DNA of 64,000 nucleotides from Candidatus Poribacteria bacterium (lineage in GTDB: Bacteria > Poribacteria > WGA-4E > PCPOR2b). Position 1 is the first letter of the stretch; the number at the start of each line of letters is the position of its first letter. This document shows, piece by piece, positions 28,194-38,642 of the stretch. The notes beneath the pieces are model-generated. The model was not told the DNA's origin. It was given only the letters and a program-made list of their open reading frames with translations, and did no database searches. A program made the position numbers and the translations under genes. The stretch spans positions 2,560,001-2,624,000 of the forward strand of contig OZ242351.1 of NCBI GenBank assembly GCA_965208675.1. The letters run 5' to 3'.

Positions 28194-29013
28194 ACTGGTG
28201 GCAGTTGGATATCGGATCGGTCATAAGTGGATTGTCCGCGATATTGACCTGAAAATCGAAGCCGGTCAGTTTTGGATTTTCGTCGGACCGAATGGCGCGG
28301 GCAAGACAACGCTTTTGCGCCTCATCTCCGGCGAACTGCCGCCGACCACCGGGCGAATTACATTTTTCGGCGAATCAGCCTGTCAATACGCGCCGCGCGA
28401 ATTAGCGCGGAAACGCGCCTATCTCCAACAGAAACGAGATGTCAACTTCCCATTCCGAGCCTCCGAGATTGTCCTGCTTGGGCGCCATCCGCATCTCAAC
28501 GGCGCGAAAGAAAGCCCCGCAGATTTCGCCGTTGCTGAAGAAGCTATGAAAAAGGTACAATCCGAGATGTTCGCTGAACGCCTTTTTTATCCAACCCTTT
28601 CGGGCGGGGAAGCGTCTCGCGTCGATCTCGCCCGCATCCTCGCGCAAGAACCGGAACTCTTTCTCCTGGATGAACCGACGAATCATCTTGACCCGCGGCA
28701 TCAGGTACAAATCCTCCATTTGTGCCAGTCCATCGCGCAGTCGGGGAAATCGGTCATCGCCGCGGTTCATGACCTGAATTTGGCGTCAATGTATGCCGAG
28801 CACGTGCTCATGTTGCGGCAAGGGATCCCGATTGCGGTTGGACCTCCGGCGCTTGTTCTCACGCCGCAACTGTTGGAGGCCGCCTACGATGTACCGTTTG
28901 AAGTGAAGCGGCTTTCGAGCGGCAGGCTAGTGGTTTTACCGCTTCTCTCCGATTCCATACCTAAAACCGGCGCATTGAAGCCTGTGTCAAACTCACCTTC
29001 CCCTGAAGCATGA
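28186..29013 (+). CDS. hmuV: Hemin ABC transporter ATP-binding protein
   Basis: GPNGAGKTT, LSGGE, LLDEPT, HDLNLA. Confidence 0.9.
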   Translation: MVELVAVGYRIGHKWIVRDIDLKIEAGQFWIFVGPNGAGKTTLLRLISGELPPTTGRITFFGESACQYAPRELARKRAYLQQKRDVNFPFRASEIVLLGRHPHLNGAKESPADFAVAEEAMKKVQSEMFAERLFYPTLSGGEASRVDLARILAQEPELFLLDEPTNHLDPRHQVQILHLCQSIAQSGKSVIAAVHDLNLASMYAEHVLMLRQGIPIAVGPPALVLTPQLLEAAYDVPFEVKRLSSGRLVVLPLLSDSIPKTGALKPVSNSPSPEA

Positions 29014-29073
29014 ATCATTAGAAGCAACGACTTCCGGCTAAGCGCAGCCCTCTGTCGGGCGCGCTTACACATT

Positions 29074-29655
29074 TTAATCGAAATACTCATCCTCCCTAAA
29101 CTTCGTCCACGAGTTGAACACGGGAAACGGTGATGGTAAGCTCTCATCAGGGTCGTTCAGTTTGAAGGATATCTTTTCGCTGTCGAAAACGTCCCTTACC
29201 GAAATAGAAATCCCCGACGTTTCTATACAATCGTCGCATCGAGTCGGCAGTATTCTCTCCGAACGCGGTTCAATGAAATACATCTTGATCTCGGAACCGT
29301 TCTCCTTCTGTTCAATGCGATACTTTTCTGCGCGGATCTCCCACTCGTTGATTGCGTGTTCGCCCTCCGAATATTGCGCCCAGAGACTAATTCCGTCAAA
29401 GAAATCCAGAATTACCGCTTTTCTCGGACTCGCATCTATGTCGTCCGGATCAAATTGGCGGAACGACCTATCTTTCAACGCCGCCTTTATCTCGTCTTCG
29501 TCCGATTCGCTAACCGGCAGAAATCTGCCTTCAAACCCGCACGACGATACGATAAGCAGCGCGAGTATGAGAATAATTGGTTTTAGGTGGGATTGTACAG
29601 TTACGATTGACACGATTACCTCCACTATATTTAAACATTTGCGAGAGCGAAACAT
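29074..29655 (-). CDS. Hypothetical lipoprotein (start uncertain)
   Basis: Hydrophobic stretch + SSC lipobox; natural composition. Confidence 0.6.
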   Translation of the reverse strand: MFRSRKCLNIVEVIVSIVTVQSHLKPIILILALLIVSSCGFEGRFLPVSESDEDEIKAALKDRSFRQFDPDDIDASPRKAVILDFFDGISLWAQYSEGEHAINEWEIRAEKYRIEQKENGSEIKMYFIEPRSERILPTRCDDCIETSGISISVRDVFDSEKISFKLNDPDESLPSPFPVFNSWTKFREDEYFD

Positions 29656-29838
29656 TTTCCGGCTTCAAGCGCTAGTGTACCACATGATAGGACAAGAATC
29701 AAACCGCTGCAATTCGTGCCGAACCGAATAAAAGCCTGTTTTTGTAGGTTGGAATCGACTACGTAAGTGGCGAAGGATAAACCGACCGAATAGGATCAAC
29801 TGAGCGAATAGCGAAGGCGATAGTCTTCTCCAGTCTTC

Positions 29839-30100
29839 GTAGGTTGGGTTAAGCGGAGCAAATGAAAGATGCGAAACATGTCGAGTGGATATTTGTATTA
29901 GAATTCGTTCAGGATTTTTTGTGATGCAGCGAACCCAACGTTTTTCGTTAATTTCGAGGCGTCCAGGTTTTCGGGCGACGTGGGGGTATCCAAAAAGCGT
30001 TGGGTTACGCGCCGTGCATCAGATTTTGTACGTCGTTAAGCTCTTGGCACGAAACGTAAAACCGTACATCATTTGGTAAAATTCGCTCAACCCAACCTAC
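29839..30100. repeat. GTAG-family REP/MITE element
   Basis: GTAGGTTGGGTTAAGCG ... CGCTCAACCCAACCTAC with inner AACCCAACG/CGTTGGGTT arms. Related copies at 32085, 33101, 35497, 38092, 44137, 45883. Confidence 0.8.
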
Positions 30101-30114
30101 ACAATCTTAACCGT

Positions 30115-30160
30115 TTACGCATTACGCTTTACTCGTTACGCTTTACTCGTTACGCTTTAC
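30115..30160. repeat. Heptamer tandem repeat (TTACGCT/TTACTCG)
   Basis: Seven consecutive TTACnCn-type units; also at ~24203, ~38318, ~45805. Confidence 0.75.
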
Positions 30161-30405
30161 CGTAGGAGCAATCTCCGTATCGCGGCACACATGCCCTTGA
30201 TCGCTCTACACAACCTACAATAGCCGATCATGAAAAAGCGCCGGCGGCTGCGACGTTTTTTACCCGATTGCACAAATTCGGCTTCGTGGATAGAAGTTTG
30301 ATAATACGCCGAGAAAAATGGTATGATAAATGAAAATTGATGATTCTTGTGTAGATTCTAATTTTCAATCTTTCACCACGCACCAATCGAAAGGGGATAT
30401 CCACT

Positions 30406-31911
30406 ATGAATCGTTCAATATTCAAATTCAGCGTGACATCAATCGCCGGGATTGTGGTGTTGTTGGTAACCTCCGTGTCGCTCGGCATCACGCCGAAAAT
30501 CCCAAGCACACTCTCTGGGCGTGTAGTTGATGTAGAAGGGAATCCGGTCGCCGGGTTTCCGCTAACCATGAAGCCCATAAAACTTGTCAACGGCTATGCT
30601 GTTGCGGCAAATAGCGGCCTTCCGATAATTTCTGTCGATACAACCGATGAAGCGGGACATTTCATTATCACCCCTGTAATGTCCGGCCCGGTTCAACTGA
30701 TTGGATCGTCTTCAGCGCCGCAGGAATCTCAGAAAAGTTATGAACTGCTATCAATGAAAATCGGCGCGATAACTGTCTATCCAACAGTCCTGTCGCACTC
30801 AAAGGGGATTAAGCTTTTGATTGAGCCGGGAACACATCTCGAAAACGTGAGAATCACGGTGCGGCCTCGTACTCGTTATCGCGGATTGGTCGTATCAAAG
30901 GATGGCACACTGTTTAAGAACGCGCAGATCGACCTCCACGTGCGAAGTGAATACAACAATGGGATGTCTAGTACAGAGACAAAAGGATCGTCAACGCGAA
31001 CGAATTCGGACGGTTACTTTGTGAGATACGTAGATGAGCCTAATTTCGAGGTCGCATCCTACAAGGTTTCGGTGAAATGTCAAGGGCTTTCGGCAACGTC
31101 CGAGTTTACCCTCAAAAGTGGAGAGCAGCGGGAAGATCTGGTCTTCACACTCCAAGAAACTTCCATGTTGATGCGGGGACGAATCGTATTTGAAGACGGC
31201 ACTGTACTTCCGAAAGCAATGTTCATGTTAGAGGTACGCAGTGGCGGTTCGGATAAAAGTTCTCTCCACCATTCAAGTCGCCGACCTGTGACCGATTATG
31301 CCGGTTACTTTATCGAATTTTTGCCTCAACCTGGAGTCTATGTCGCGTCCGTAGAATATCAAGGACTCTCTGCGGCATCGAAATTTACGGTCAAATCTGG
31401 GGCAGAGCGCAAAGACATGGTGTTCACACTCAACGACACACCAATTCGGGACATGATGGGATTGATGGCACCCACCGAACCGAACATGCTTGGCGTGTGG
31501 ATTGGGGCTCCCAATGAAAGCCTTTACAAAAGCATTCGTTGCAGCAGTTGGCAAGATGCCCAAACCAAAGCACGCACAGAAGGTGCACAACTCGTTTCAA
31601 TAAATGACAGTACCGAGCAGGAGTGGCTGGTCGAGCACTTTGGCTTTCATTCCTATTGGATTGGGTTGACCTATTCAGTTGAAGCGGGCGAATGGCAGTG
31701 GAACAGCGGAGAACCAGTTGTCTATACCAACTGGATGAGGAGTCAACCTGAGCATACAGAGGCTGATAGTTATGGTAGTATGGGCGGGAATTTACGTGGA
31801 CAGTGGCGCACACATGGACAGCTTGGAAGTGGAGCCTTAAGCGAATCCTCACCTAGAGTAGCGATCCTTGAAAAACGGATTGCCGGTACAGCGCCGTTGG
31901 GGGATAGGTAA
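30406..31911 (+). CDS. Secreted protein with transthyretin/carboxypeptidase-regulatory-like repeats and C-terminal C-type lectin domain
   Basis: SGRVVD.EGNPVAG; SWQDAQ..A...GA.LVSIND..EQ.WL...YWIGL...W.W.SGE...YTNW. Confidence 0.8.
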   Translation: MNRSIFKFSVTSIAGIVVLLVTSVSLGITPKIPSTLSGRVVDVEGNPVAGFPLTMKPIKLVNGYAVAANSGLPIISVDTTDEAGHFIITPVMSGPVQLIGSSSAPQESQKSYELLSMKIGAITVYPTVLSHSKGIKLLIEPGTHLENVRITVRPRTRYRGLVVSKDGTLFKNAQIDLHVRSEYNNGMSSTETKGSSTRTNSDGYFVRYVDEPNFEVASYKVSVKCQGLSATSEFTLKSGEQREDLVFTLQETSMLMRGRIVFEDGTVLPKAMFMLEVRSGGSDKSSLHHSSRRPVTDYAGYFIEFLPQPGVYVASVEYQGLSAASKFTVKSGAERKDMVFTLNDTPIRDMMGLMAPTEPNMLGVWIGAPNESLYKSIRCSSWQDAQTKARTEGAQLVSINDSTEQEWLVEHFGFHSYWIGLTYSVEAGEWQWNSGEPVVYTNWMRSQPEHTEADSYGSMGGNLRGQWRTHGQLGSGALSESSPRVAILEKRIAGTAPLGDR

Positions 31912-32619
31912 TTAAACATGAGATTCAAGTTACTGAAAGGATAACCCGCAGCAACCTAACAAAAGGAGGCAAGACGATGAACCCTTCGTACGGTAGAGCT
32001 AACCTGAAAACTCTCTCTGCATTTGTGGCACTTTCACTTCTCGCATCGGCATTTGGCTTTACGACGCCGAGACACTGAGTTCTGGTAGGTTGGGTTGAGC
32101 GTGTAATACCAAAACCCGTCCTGCGCAATGATCCGTTCCGATTTAAGTAGGGCGTGGATTTCCAAATACGGGGAGCGTAACCCAACGCTTTACCTACACT
32201 GTATAAGGATTACGATAGCGGTTCTACAATCTTCATTCCCTTCCTTACCAAGGAGGGATCAACTGTACGAATAGCAAAGACCCGACCGAATAGGTTCAAG
32301 CGACCGAACAGGGAACACGATAGTCTTGGTTCTTCTCGTTTAGCTCTAACAGCGAATCCCAACGATTTTAACCATCTGGAGGATTCAATAGCGTCCGCCG
32401 TCGCTAATCACAAACAAACCTAGAACTCCCCCTTTCGACGGATCGGCGCTTGCCGTCAACGAGCGTTGCATTCGCTTCAAGATTCTGTTTCAGTAACCGC
32501 GGCGTTTGGAGTGCCGTCAGCGCACGGACACGTTGTTGCATCTTCATTGCAGTAAGGGTAGATTGCCTATGCTCTATTCGGTTATAATTCCTCATTTTCG
32601 GCAATAATGGAGGTTCAAA

Positions 32620-33075
32620 TTGAAAGTCAGAAGATTCACCGCATTTGCATCTATACTCGGGATTAGTCTCCTGATTATTAGTCTTTCCTCATGCGATCAA
32701 CTCGTGCAGGTATTGTCCGATGACGATGAGTTTGCGGAAGATCCACCACGCCATGAGACTATTGACTCCATAACGTATGTCATCAATGAACTCCCAATTG
32801 TAGATGGTACGGCAGAGATTCTTGAGACCGCTCCGCCTCAAGTTAATCTGCATATCAACGGTTACCTTTCAGACAGTTGCACAACCCTTCATCAGACAAC
32901 TGATTCGCGGCACGACAATACAATCCATATTCAAATTACGACTAAACGTCCTATTGACTTGGCGTGCGCCGCTGTGATTACCGAAATTGAACATTTCGTA
33001 TCGCTAGGAACATTTGAACCGGGCGAGTATCAGGCAATTATCAACGATTTTTCCATCAATTTCAAGGTCGATTAG
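32620..33075 (+). CDS. Hypothetical lipoprotein
   Basis: GGAGG RBS, lipobox LSSC, GYLSDSC...AC..VI. Confidence 0.7.
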   Translation: MKVRRFTAFASILGISLLIISLSSCDQLVQVLSDDDEFAEDPPRHETIDSITYVINELPIVDGTAEILETAPPQVNLHINGYLSDSCTTLHQTTDSRHDNTIHIQITTKRPIDLACAAVITEIEHFVSLGTFEPGEYQAIINDFSINFKVD

Positions 33076-33100
33076 ATCGCCGAAACCGGTAGAAGTCTTC

Positions 33101-33430
33101 GTAGGTTGGGTAGAGCGATCAACTGAGCGAATAGCGAAGGATCAACCGAGTGAATAACGAGGGCGATAGTCTTCTCCAGTCTTCCCCGAAACTCAACATC
33201 AACTGTAGGAATAGATCAACCGACTGAATGAGGATTGCGACAGCGATATTGCAATCTTAATTCCCCTCCTTACCAAGGAGGGGCTAGGGGAGGTTATAGG
33301 ACAGGATTAACCGACCGAATAAGATCAACTGAGCGGATAGCGAAGGATCAACCGAGTGAATAACGAGGGCGATAGTCTTCTCCAGTCAAAGTCCTCCCCG
33401 TTCAGCCGGTTGATCGCCCTACCCACCCCA
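33101..33430. repeat. Composite REP cluster with GATCAACYGASYGAATA modules
   Basis: GTAG REP arm followed by two module arrays and a CCCCTCCTTACCAAGGAGGGG palindrome. Confidence 0.7.
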
Positions 33431-33669
33431 CCAATGCAAGTTCCGTCAATTTCGCAGCGGGGAATGGACTACGGATTAGGCAATCTGCGCCGCGATTAGT
33501 AAAATTACCATGCTATAACATAACCCAAGATGTTAGAATAGGAGAATAACCGAGTTTTGTCATAAATACTCCGTTTCTAGTGTTTGGTTTATCAACTAGC
33601 AACCTTCGTTATTTGCACCTTAAATGCGTATCTCCTAACCGTTTCACAAAGAAAGGGAAATACAACTTT

Positions 33670-35460
33670 ATGCAAATGCGGTCTATCACGGCGAATCCGT
33701 CTCAGGTTATGGTCGAGCAACTTGCGGCACTGGATGTGAAATATCTGTTTTATAATACAGGCTCGCGCGAGGCGCGCTTTTTCGACGCACTGCATGATCA
33801 CCCGGATATACACGGCATTCTGGCGCTCCATGAAGGCAGCGTCGCAGCACAAGCTGGCGGTTATACGCAGGCAAATCTCGACCCGGCGGTTATGGTGGTC
33901 CATCTTGCCGCGGGGCTTGCCCAATGTTTAGGGCAGCTAATCAACATTTGGTCCGGCGGTTTACCTGTCGTGGTCATCAGCTTCGCAGGAGACACCGGCA
34001 GTTTCGCGGATCGGATTGAACTCGATCTCAGTCACAGTTTCGGGCCGACATCCATCGCTGCACCCTTTACAAAGCAAAATTGGACCGTGATCGACCCCGA
34101 AGGGCTGCCCCAAGCCATTCACCGTGCGTTACTGGTCGCCAAAACGCCGCCGGTGGGCCCCGTCCATCTCGCTGTTTATGATCGGGCGCTTGGGCACGAG
34201 CAGATAACCGCGAACATTATTGAAGGTAGCATCCCCGACCTCCACGCGGGTTATCCGTCGGATAGTGATGTCGAGAAGATTGAATCTGCTTTGCACGACG
34301 CGAAGTCTCCCCTGTTTTATATTGGGGATGGTGTCTGGAAAAGTGGCGCGGAAGACCAAATTATCGCGGTCGCTGAACACTTCGGTGTTCCCTGTGTCAG
34401 CAGCTACGTCCCTGTCGGCACTTGGGAAAGAAGCATCGCAACGAAACATCCACTCAATTGCGGTCGGTTGGATCAGGTGGTCGATATCCTTCAACCCGAC
34501 CTGATCGTTTGTATCGGTATCCATCATCGCGGCGTCGGAAGGTCCGGGGATTTCGATGTATTTTCTAAAGCGCGGCAGGTTATCGCCATTGGATCGGATA
34601 TTGAGCATATCAAAAATATCCCGTATCTGTCTACGGCGATTTTGGCGGACGAGCGCCGCTCCTTTGAAAGGTTGGCAAAATTGGCGTCGAGCCATTCCAC
34701 CCCGAGCCGCTTTGACGAGCGGCGGGCTTGGGTAATGGAACAAGCCGCCGCGCTGCACGTCCAGCGAATAAACGAAGTGTGGAAGACTGAGACGCGGCCT
34801 AATGAGATTCGGCCATGGATAGTGGCAGAGACGCTCGACACTGCCCTAGAACGTCGCGGCGGCGGGTTGGTGATGCTCGAACAATATGCGGTCCCGTGGG
34901 ACACCGTCGGCGGATATACGCTTTCTTCAGACACCGTAGATGCAACAGACACCGGAAGGAACAGATACATCCGCGCTGCCGGCGGGTCTGAGGGCTACGG
35001 CGTTGGAGGAGCCGTGGGATTGAAGCTCGCCGCCCCTGAAATGCCGGTTGTCGGGTTGGTCGGCGACGGTTCGCTGTTGTACGCAGAGTCGGGTTTGTGG
35101 ACCGCGGCACACCATAGCATACCGGTCCTCTACATTATTCCCAACAACCAGTCTTACGGCGCGGTTGCGTCCTCCTTCGCAAGCGTGGATGGGGTGATGA
35201 AGGAGACCGGGGAATATGCCGGAGTCGTTCTGGACGGCATTGACCCCGTAAAACTCGCCGAAGGCGTGGGTGTGGAGGGGTTGCACGTCCAAGCGGAGCC
35301 TCGCCTGGCTGCGGCGATTGAACACGGATTGAACGTGGTTGAAAGGGAAAACCGCCCATTTCTTTTGAATATTCGCTTGCCGCTAGGACTACCGGAGGGC
35401 GGACGCCCCGCTGCGCAATTCCGACATGCGGACGCTAAAACTCAGAATCGTTCGGCTTAG
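33670..35460 (+). CDS. Thiamine-pyrophosphate enzyme (benzoylformate decarboxylase/acetolactate synthase family)
   Basis: LALHE catalytic Glu, GPVHL, GDGS...NN TPP motif. Confidence 0.88.
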   Translation: MQMRSITANPSQVMVEQLAALDVKYLFYNTGSREARFFDALHDHPDIHGILALHEGSVAAQAGGYTQANLDPAVMVVHLAAGLAQCLGQLINIWSGGLPVVVISFAGDTGSFADRIELDLSHSFGPTSIAAPFTKQNWTVIDPEGLPQAIHRALLVAKTPPVGPVHLAVYDRALGHEQITANIIEGSIPDLHAGYPSDSDVEKIESALHDAKSPLFYIGDGVWKSGAEDQIIAVAEHFGVPCVSSYVPVGTWERSIATKHPLNCGRLDQVVDILQPDLIVCIGIHHRGVGRSGDFDVFSKARQVIAIGSDIEHIKNIPYLSTAILADERRSFERLAKLASSHSTPSRFDERRAWVMEQAAALHVQRINEVWKTETRPNEIRPWIVAETLDTALERRGGGLVMLEQYAVPWDTVGGYTLSSDTVDATDTGRNRYIRAAGGSEGYGVGGAVGLKLAAPEMPVVGLVGDGSLLYAESGLWTAAHHSIPVLYIIPNNQSYGAVASSFASVDGVMKETGEYAGVVLDGIDPVKLAEGVGVEGLHVQAEPRLAAAIEHGLNVVERENRPFLLNIRLPLGLPEGGRPAAQFRHADAKTQNRSA

Positions 35461-35814
35461 CCGCCAACTAACTATACGACGCCCCACGCAGTTCTTGTAG
35501 GTTGGGTAGAGCGATCAACTGAGCGAACAGCGAAGAATCAACCGATAGTCCAATAGTGTGGAAGGCTTCTCTCGCTCCAATTCAATGAGCACACGCGGTG
35601 ATTGCGTTTAGCCGCTCAATTAACCTCTTAAATTCACTACCAACACAGGCACCGACGTGTCGTTCGGGTGGGCCGATTGATTCGTATTTCCATCTTTGGT
35701 ATACTTGCGGTATTCGCAATCTGTTGGGAAATGAATTGCTCCCACTGGACTCGCTAGGAAAAGAGTTGGCGGGTCGGCGATGTATTCACAATTAAATTAA
35801 AGGAGGTGAGAACA

Positions 35815-36093
35815 ATGGACAAAACGGAGGTCATGCGCAAACACAATTTAAGCGTAGGCGATGTATTGGATTTACGAGCAATGGCAGAAGGCACAGTCTA
35901 CGTTGAGGAGGACAGCGGGAGGCACATACAATTTACTGACAACCGCCACTGGAGTGACGGACGCGAGCCAGGGTGTTCAGTTGAATTCACGACCGCAGCA
36001 CGACTGAAAGACTACAATAGGATACAAACATTGTATATTAAGCTATCCGACGAAGAATACAATGCCATATTGGCCCGAGAAGACAGGAATTGA
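35815..36093 (+). CDS. Hypothetical protein
   Basis: AAGGAGG RBS, 92 aa. Confidence 0.6.
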   Translation: MDKTEVMRKHNLSVGDVLDLRAMAEGTVYVEEDSGRHIQFTDNRHWSDGREPGCSVEFTTAARLKDYNRIQTLYIKLSDEEYNAILAREDRN

Positions 36094-36408
36094 GGCCATC
36101 GGCTAGGTGTGAGCGGATTGTTGTCTTTGGATCCATAATCGCCAAATGAGTTTGAAGTTAGTCACAGCTCAAGGCGTTAAGCACGTGTACGACGTAAACA
36201 ACGCACAGACAAACACACGCACTCGATGACCTTACAAGAGATGGTAACCCCTGTATTTTTTTGAAGTACACGAACAAGCAAAAGATGTTTGTTACGGGCT
36301 GCATGAGCGCAACAATGGATTGCGGGCTTAGCGTCATCGTTTACTAGACTCTTCTATTTCTAAAGTGAGGTTTAGCCTGCCCCAAAACCTCCACGTAAGG
36401 AAACGCAC

Positions 36409-36548
36409 ATGCTCTATCTTGAATGGCGGATGCAAGACGACGAAGGATGTCCCTTGCGATTAGATTGGCTTAGACTAGCTCATCCTTTCTTTGAAGACCA
36501 AGCCGGCGTCTACATTATTTGGTATCTCGACAATGAAAATCCTGTTAC
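36409..36548 (+). pseudogene. Truncated small gene (GVYIIW, GIY-YIG-like start) cut by a high-GC insert
   Basis: TAAGGA RBS; composition switches abruptly at 36549. Confidence 0.4.
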
Positions 36549-36701
36549 AGCTTCCGCGACTGGGCGGCGAAGCGGACGGATGCGCCGCTCGCGGTCATGG
36601 AGGCCGCCTACGCCCGCTCGGACCTGTTCGAACGCCGACGTGTCCTGATGGAGCAGTGGGCGGCGTATCTGGCGGGCCGGAGAACGAGCACCGAGGGCTG
36701 A
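36549..36701 (+). pseudogene. C-terminal remnant of a P4-like tyrosine integrase
   Basis: My translation: SFRDWAAKRTDAPLAVMEAAYARSDLFERRRVLMEQWAAYL; the LAH segment is deleted. Confidence 0.8.
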
Positions 36702-37146
36702 CCGGGCCCCGCGACGGGCTCAGAGGCCGTTCCCGGGCATTTCAAGGGGATTTCGGGTTACCTACGGGCTGTAGGATCGCCAGGATCGACGATCTCGGGT
36801 CCCCGAGGAGTATGGGGTAGGGTGAAATGCGGCGGCGACGGGCAGGGCAATCGGTAGGGAAGCTGAGGATCGAAGGGGCCTACTCGCTGCCCGAAGGTCG
36901 TGGTGGCGTTCGCAGCGAACGAGCGCCCTGGGTCTGTTCGGCTCATGCCCCTCGCTTTGAGGGCGCACCGTTCGCTCGGGTCCCGAACATACGCAAGCTA
37001 GAGCGCGGCCGGTAGACGGCTCGTTTCCGGCCCGATTTCCGCAAGGATCCCTATACGCTTCGAACACCTCCGTCTGACGGAGAGTGGTTCTCTCTGCGGG
37101 ATTTCCGACGCGTAGATCGTACAGTCCATAATCGAGAGGAGGTAGC

Positions 37147-37509
37147 ATGCAGGGCGTTCAGGGATTCGGTGGGTTCTTCTTTCGGGCAAAGGACCCGCAA
37201 GGACTTGCGAAATGGTATCAGGATCACCTTGGGATCAATCCTGCTCCGACGAACATGGAGATGGCTCCGTGGGTGACCGAGTCCGGGGTCACCGTCTTCT
37301 CGCCCTTCGATGCTGACACGGACTATTTCGCAGCAGACAAGACTTTCATGCTGAATTTCCGCGTGACCGATTTGGACGCGATGATTACACAACTGAAGTC
37401 CGCAGATATCGAGGTCAGCCAGGAAATCGAGATGGAGGGCATCGGCCGCTTCGCCCGCATCCACGACCCCGAAGGAAACGCGATCGAGCTTTGGGAACCC
37501 GCGTCATGA
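37147..37509 (+). CDS. VOC/glyoxalase family protein
   Basis: GGFFFRAKDP..LA.WY..HLG, MLNFRV.DLD, GRFA...DPEGN.IELWEP. Confidence 0.9.
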   Translation: MQGVQGFGGFFFRAKDPQGLAKWYQDHLGINPAPTNMEMAPWVTESGVTVFSPFDADTDYFAADKTFMLNFRVTDLDAMITQLKSADIEVSQEIEMEGIGRFARIHDPEGNAIELWEPAS

Positions 37510-38091
37510 GATTCGAACTTCTGCTGTTGGACGCGACGGGATTGGGCGGTTGTCGGACTTTCGAGTCAACATCGCTGAAGGCCAGTGGCCGCTGGCACGG
37601 CAGAAGCTTACCGAGCTTAAGAGAAGCCGCTCGCTCTGGATGGTGTGGGTCGGCAACCCGGGTCTGACTTGAGGTTGGCGGCGCGTAACCCGAGTTCGCT
37701 CGCTTGGGCACTGCTCCAAGGCAACTCCACGGACGCTTCCGAAACGCTATCCGAGCGCCACCCAAAGCAGCGCGCGGGGAGCGCTCGGCCCCCAATCCCG
37801 GTGGCTTGGCGGCAAGCCGACGTGGCCGGTTCGGTTCGTTGAGTTAAGGACATCGCATGCGCCGGCGCGGAGGGCCGGCTCACGCCCTTAAGGTGCGGGG
37901 GCAGCATGCCCAACGTTATACGTAGGGCTGGCGAGAGGCACGCCCCTTCCATCCCCAAGAAGTCACTCGCCGATGCGTGCAGGATCGCGGGCGATGGGAT
38001 TCACAGTTCTTATAACCTTCCGCCTGCCGAATAAACACTGATCCCAACGTAACGCCATGAGTTTCCGAAAGCAGATTGTCCACATGTTTTT

Positions 38092-38303
38092 GTAGGTGGG
38101 TTGAGCGATCAACTGAGCGAATAATTCAAGCGACTGAATAGGATCAACCGAGTGAATAACGAGGGCGATAGTTTTCTCCAGTAGTAGCCTTTTCCTCTCC
38201 AGTATTCGGGTTCTCCGCGCATCGAATCTTGTAAGTCGCTAGTCTTCCGAAGCGCCTCGTTAAATTGTACATTAATTCGTGTAATCCGCTCAACCCAACC
38301 TAC
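38092..38303. repeat. GTAG REP/MITE with GATCAAC modules
   Basis: GTAGGTGGGTTGAGCG...CGCTCAACCCAACCTAC. Confidence 0.7.
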
Positions 38304-38484
38304 AAAAATTTAACCGTTTACGCATTACGCTTTTCCGTAGGAGCGATCTCCGAATCGCGACAAAAATTCGGTCAATAATTCAACCTAACGCAAAAAAACT
38401 CACACCTCTCCGATCAATATTCATCACTCTCCACTGCTTTTTCCCACTAATAATATTTCACCTACACAATTGTTAAATTTGCGC

Positions 38485-38513
38485 TTGACTTATAACAACT
38501 ATTCTTGTAATAT
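38485..38513 (+). promoter_or_regulatory. sigma70-like promoter heading the small-gene cluster
   Basis: TTGACT-17-TAATAT in AT-rich context. Confidence 0.5.
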
Positions 38514-38642
38514 ATTAAGTGAATATATATTTAGTATTCAGACTGAAAAGCGTGAAACTCAACCTACAATAGCTGCGACCGGTTTTTCCGACCACTGGCG
38601 ACTAGCCACTGGACACTGCTTCCCAACTAAGGAGAAATTGCT

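Noticed and set aside
29114-29731. 205-aa + strand ORF
   Set aside because: Ser-rich antisense shadow of the minus-strand lipoprotein.
29770-38182. GATCAAC repeat clusters as a CRISPR array
   Set aside because: No unique spacers of regular length, the units are degenerate and abutting, and there are no cas genes.
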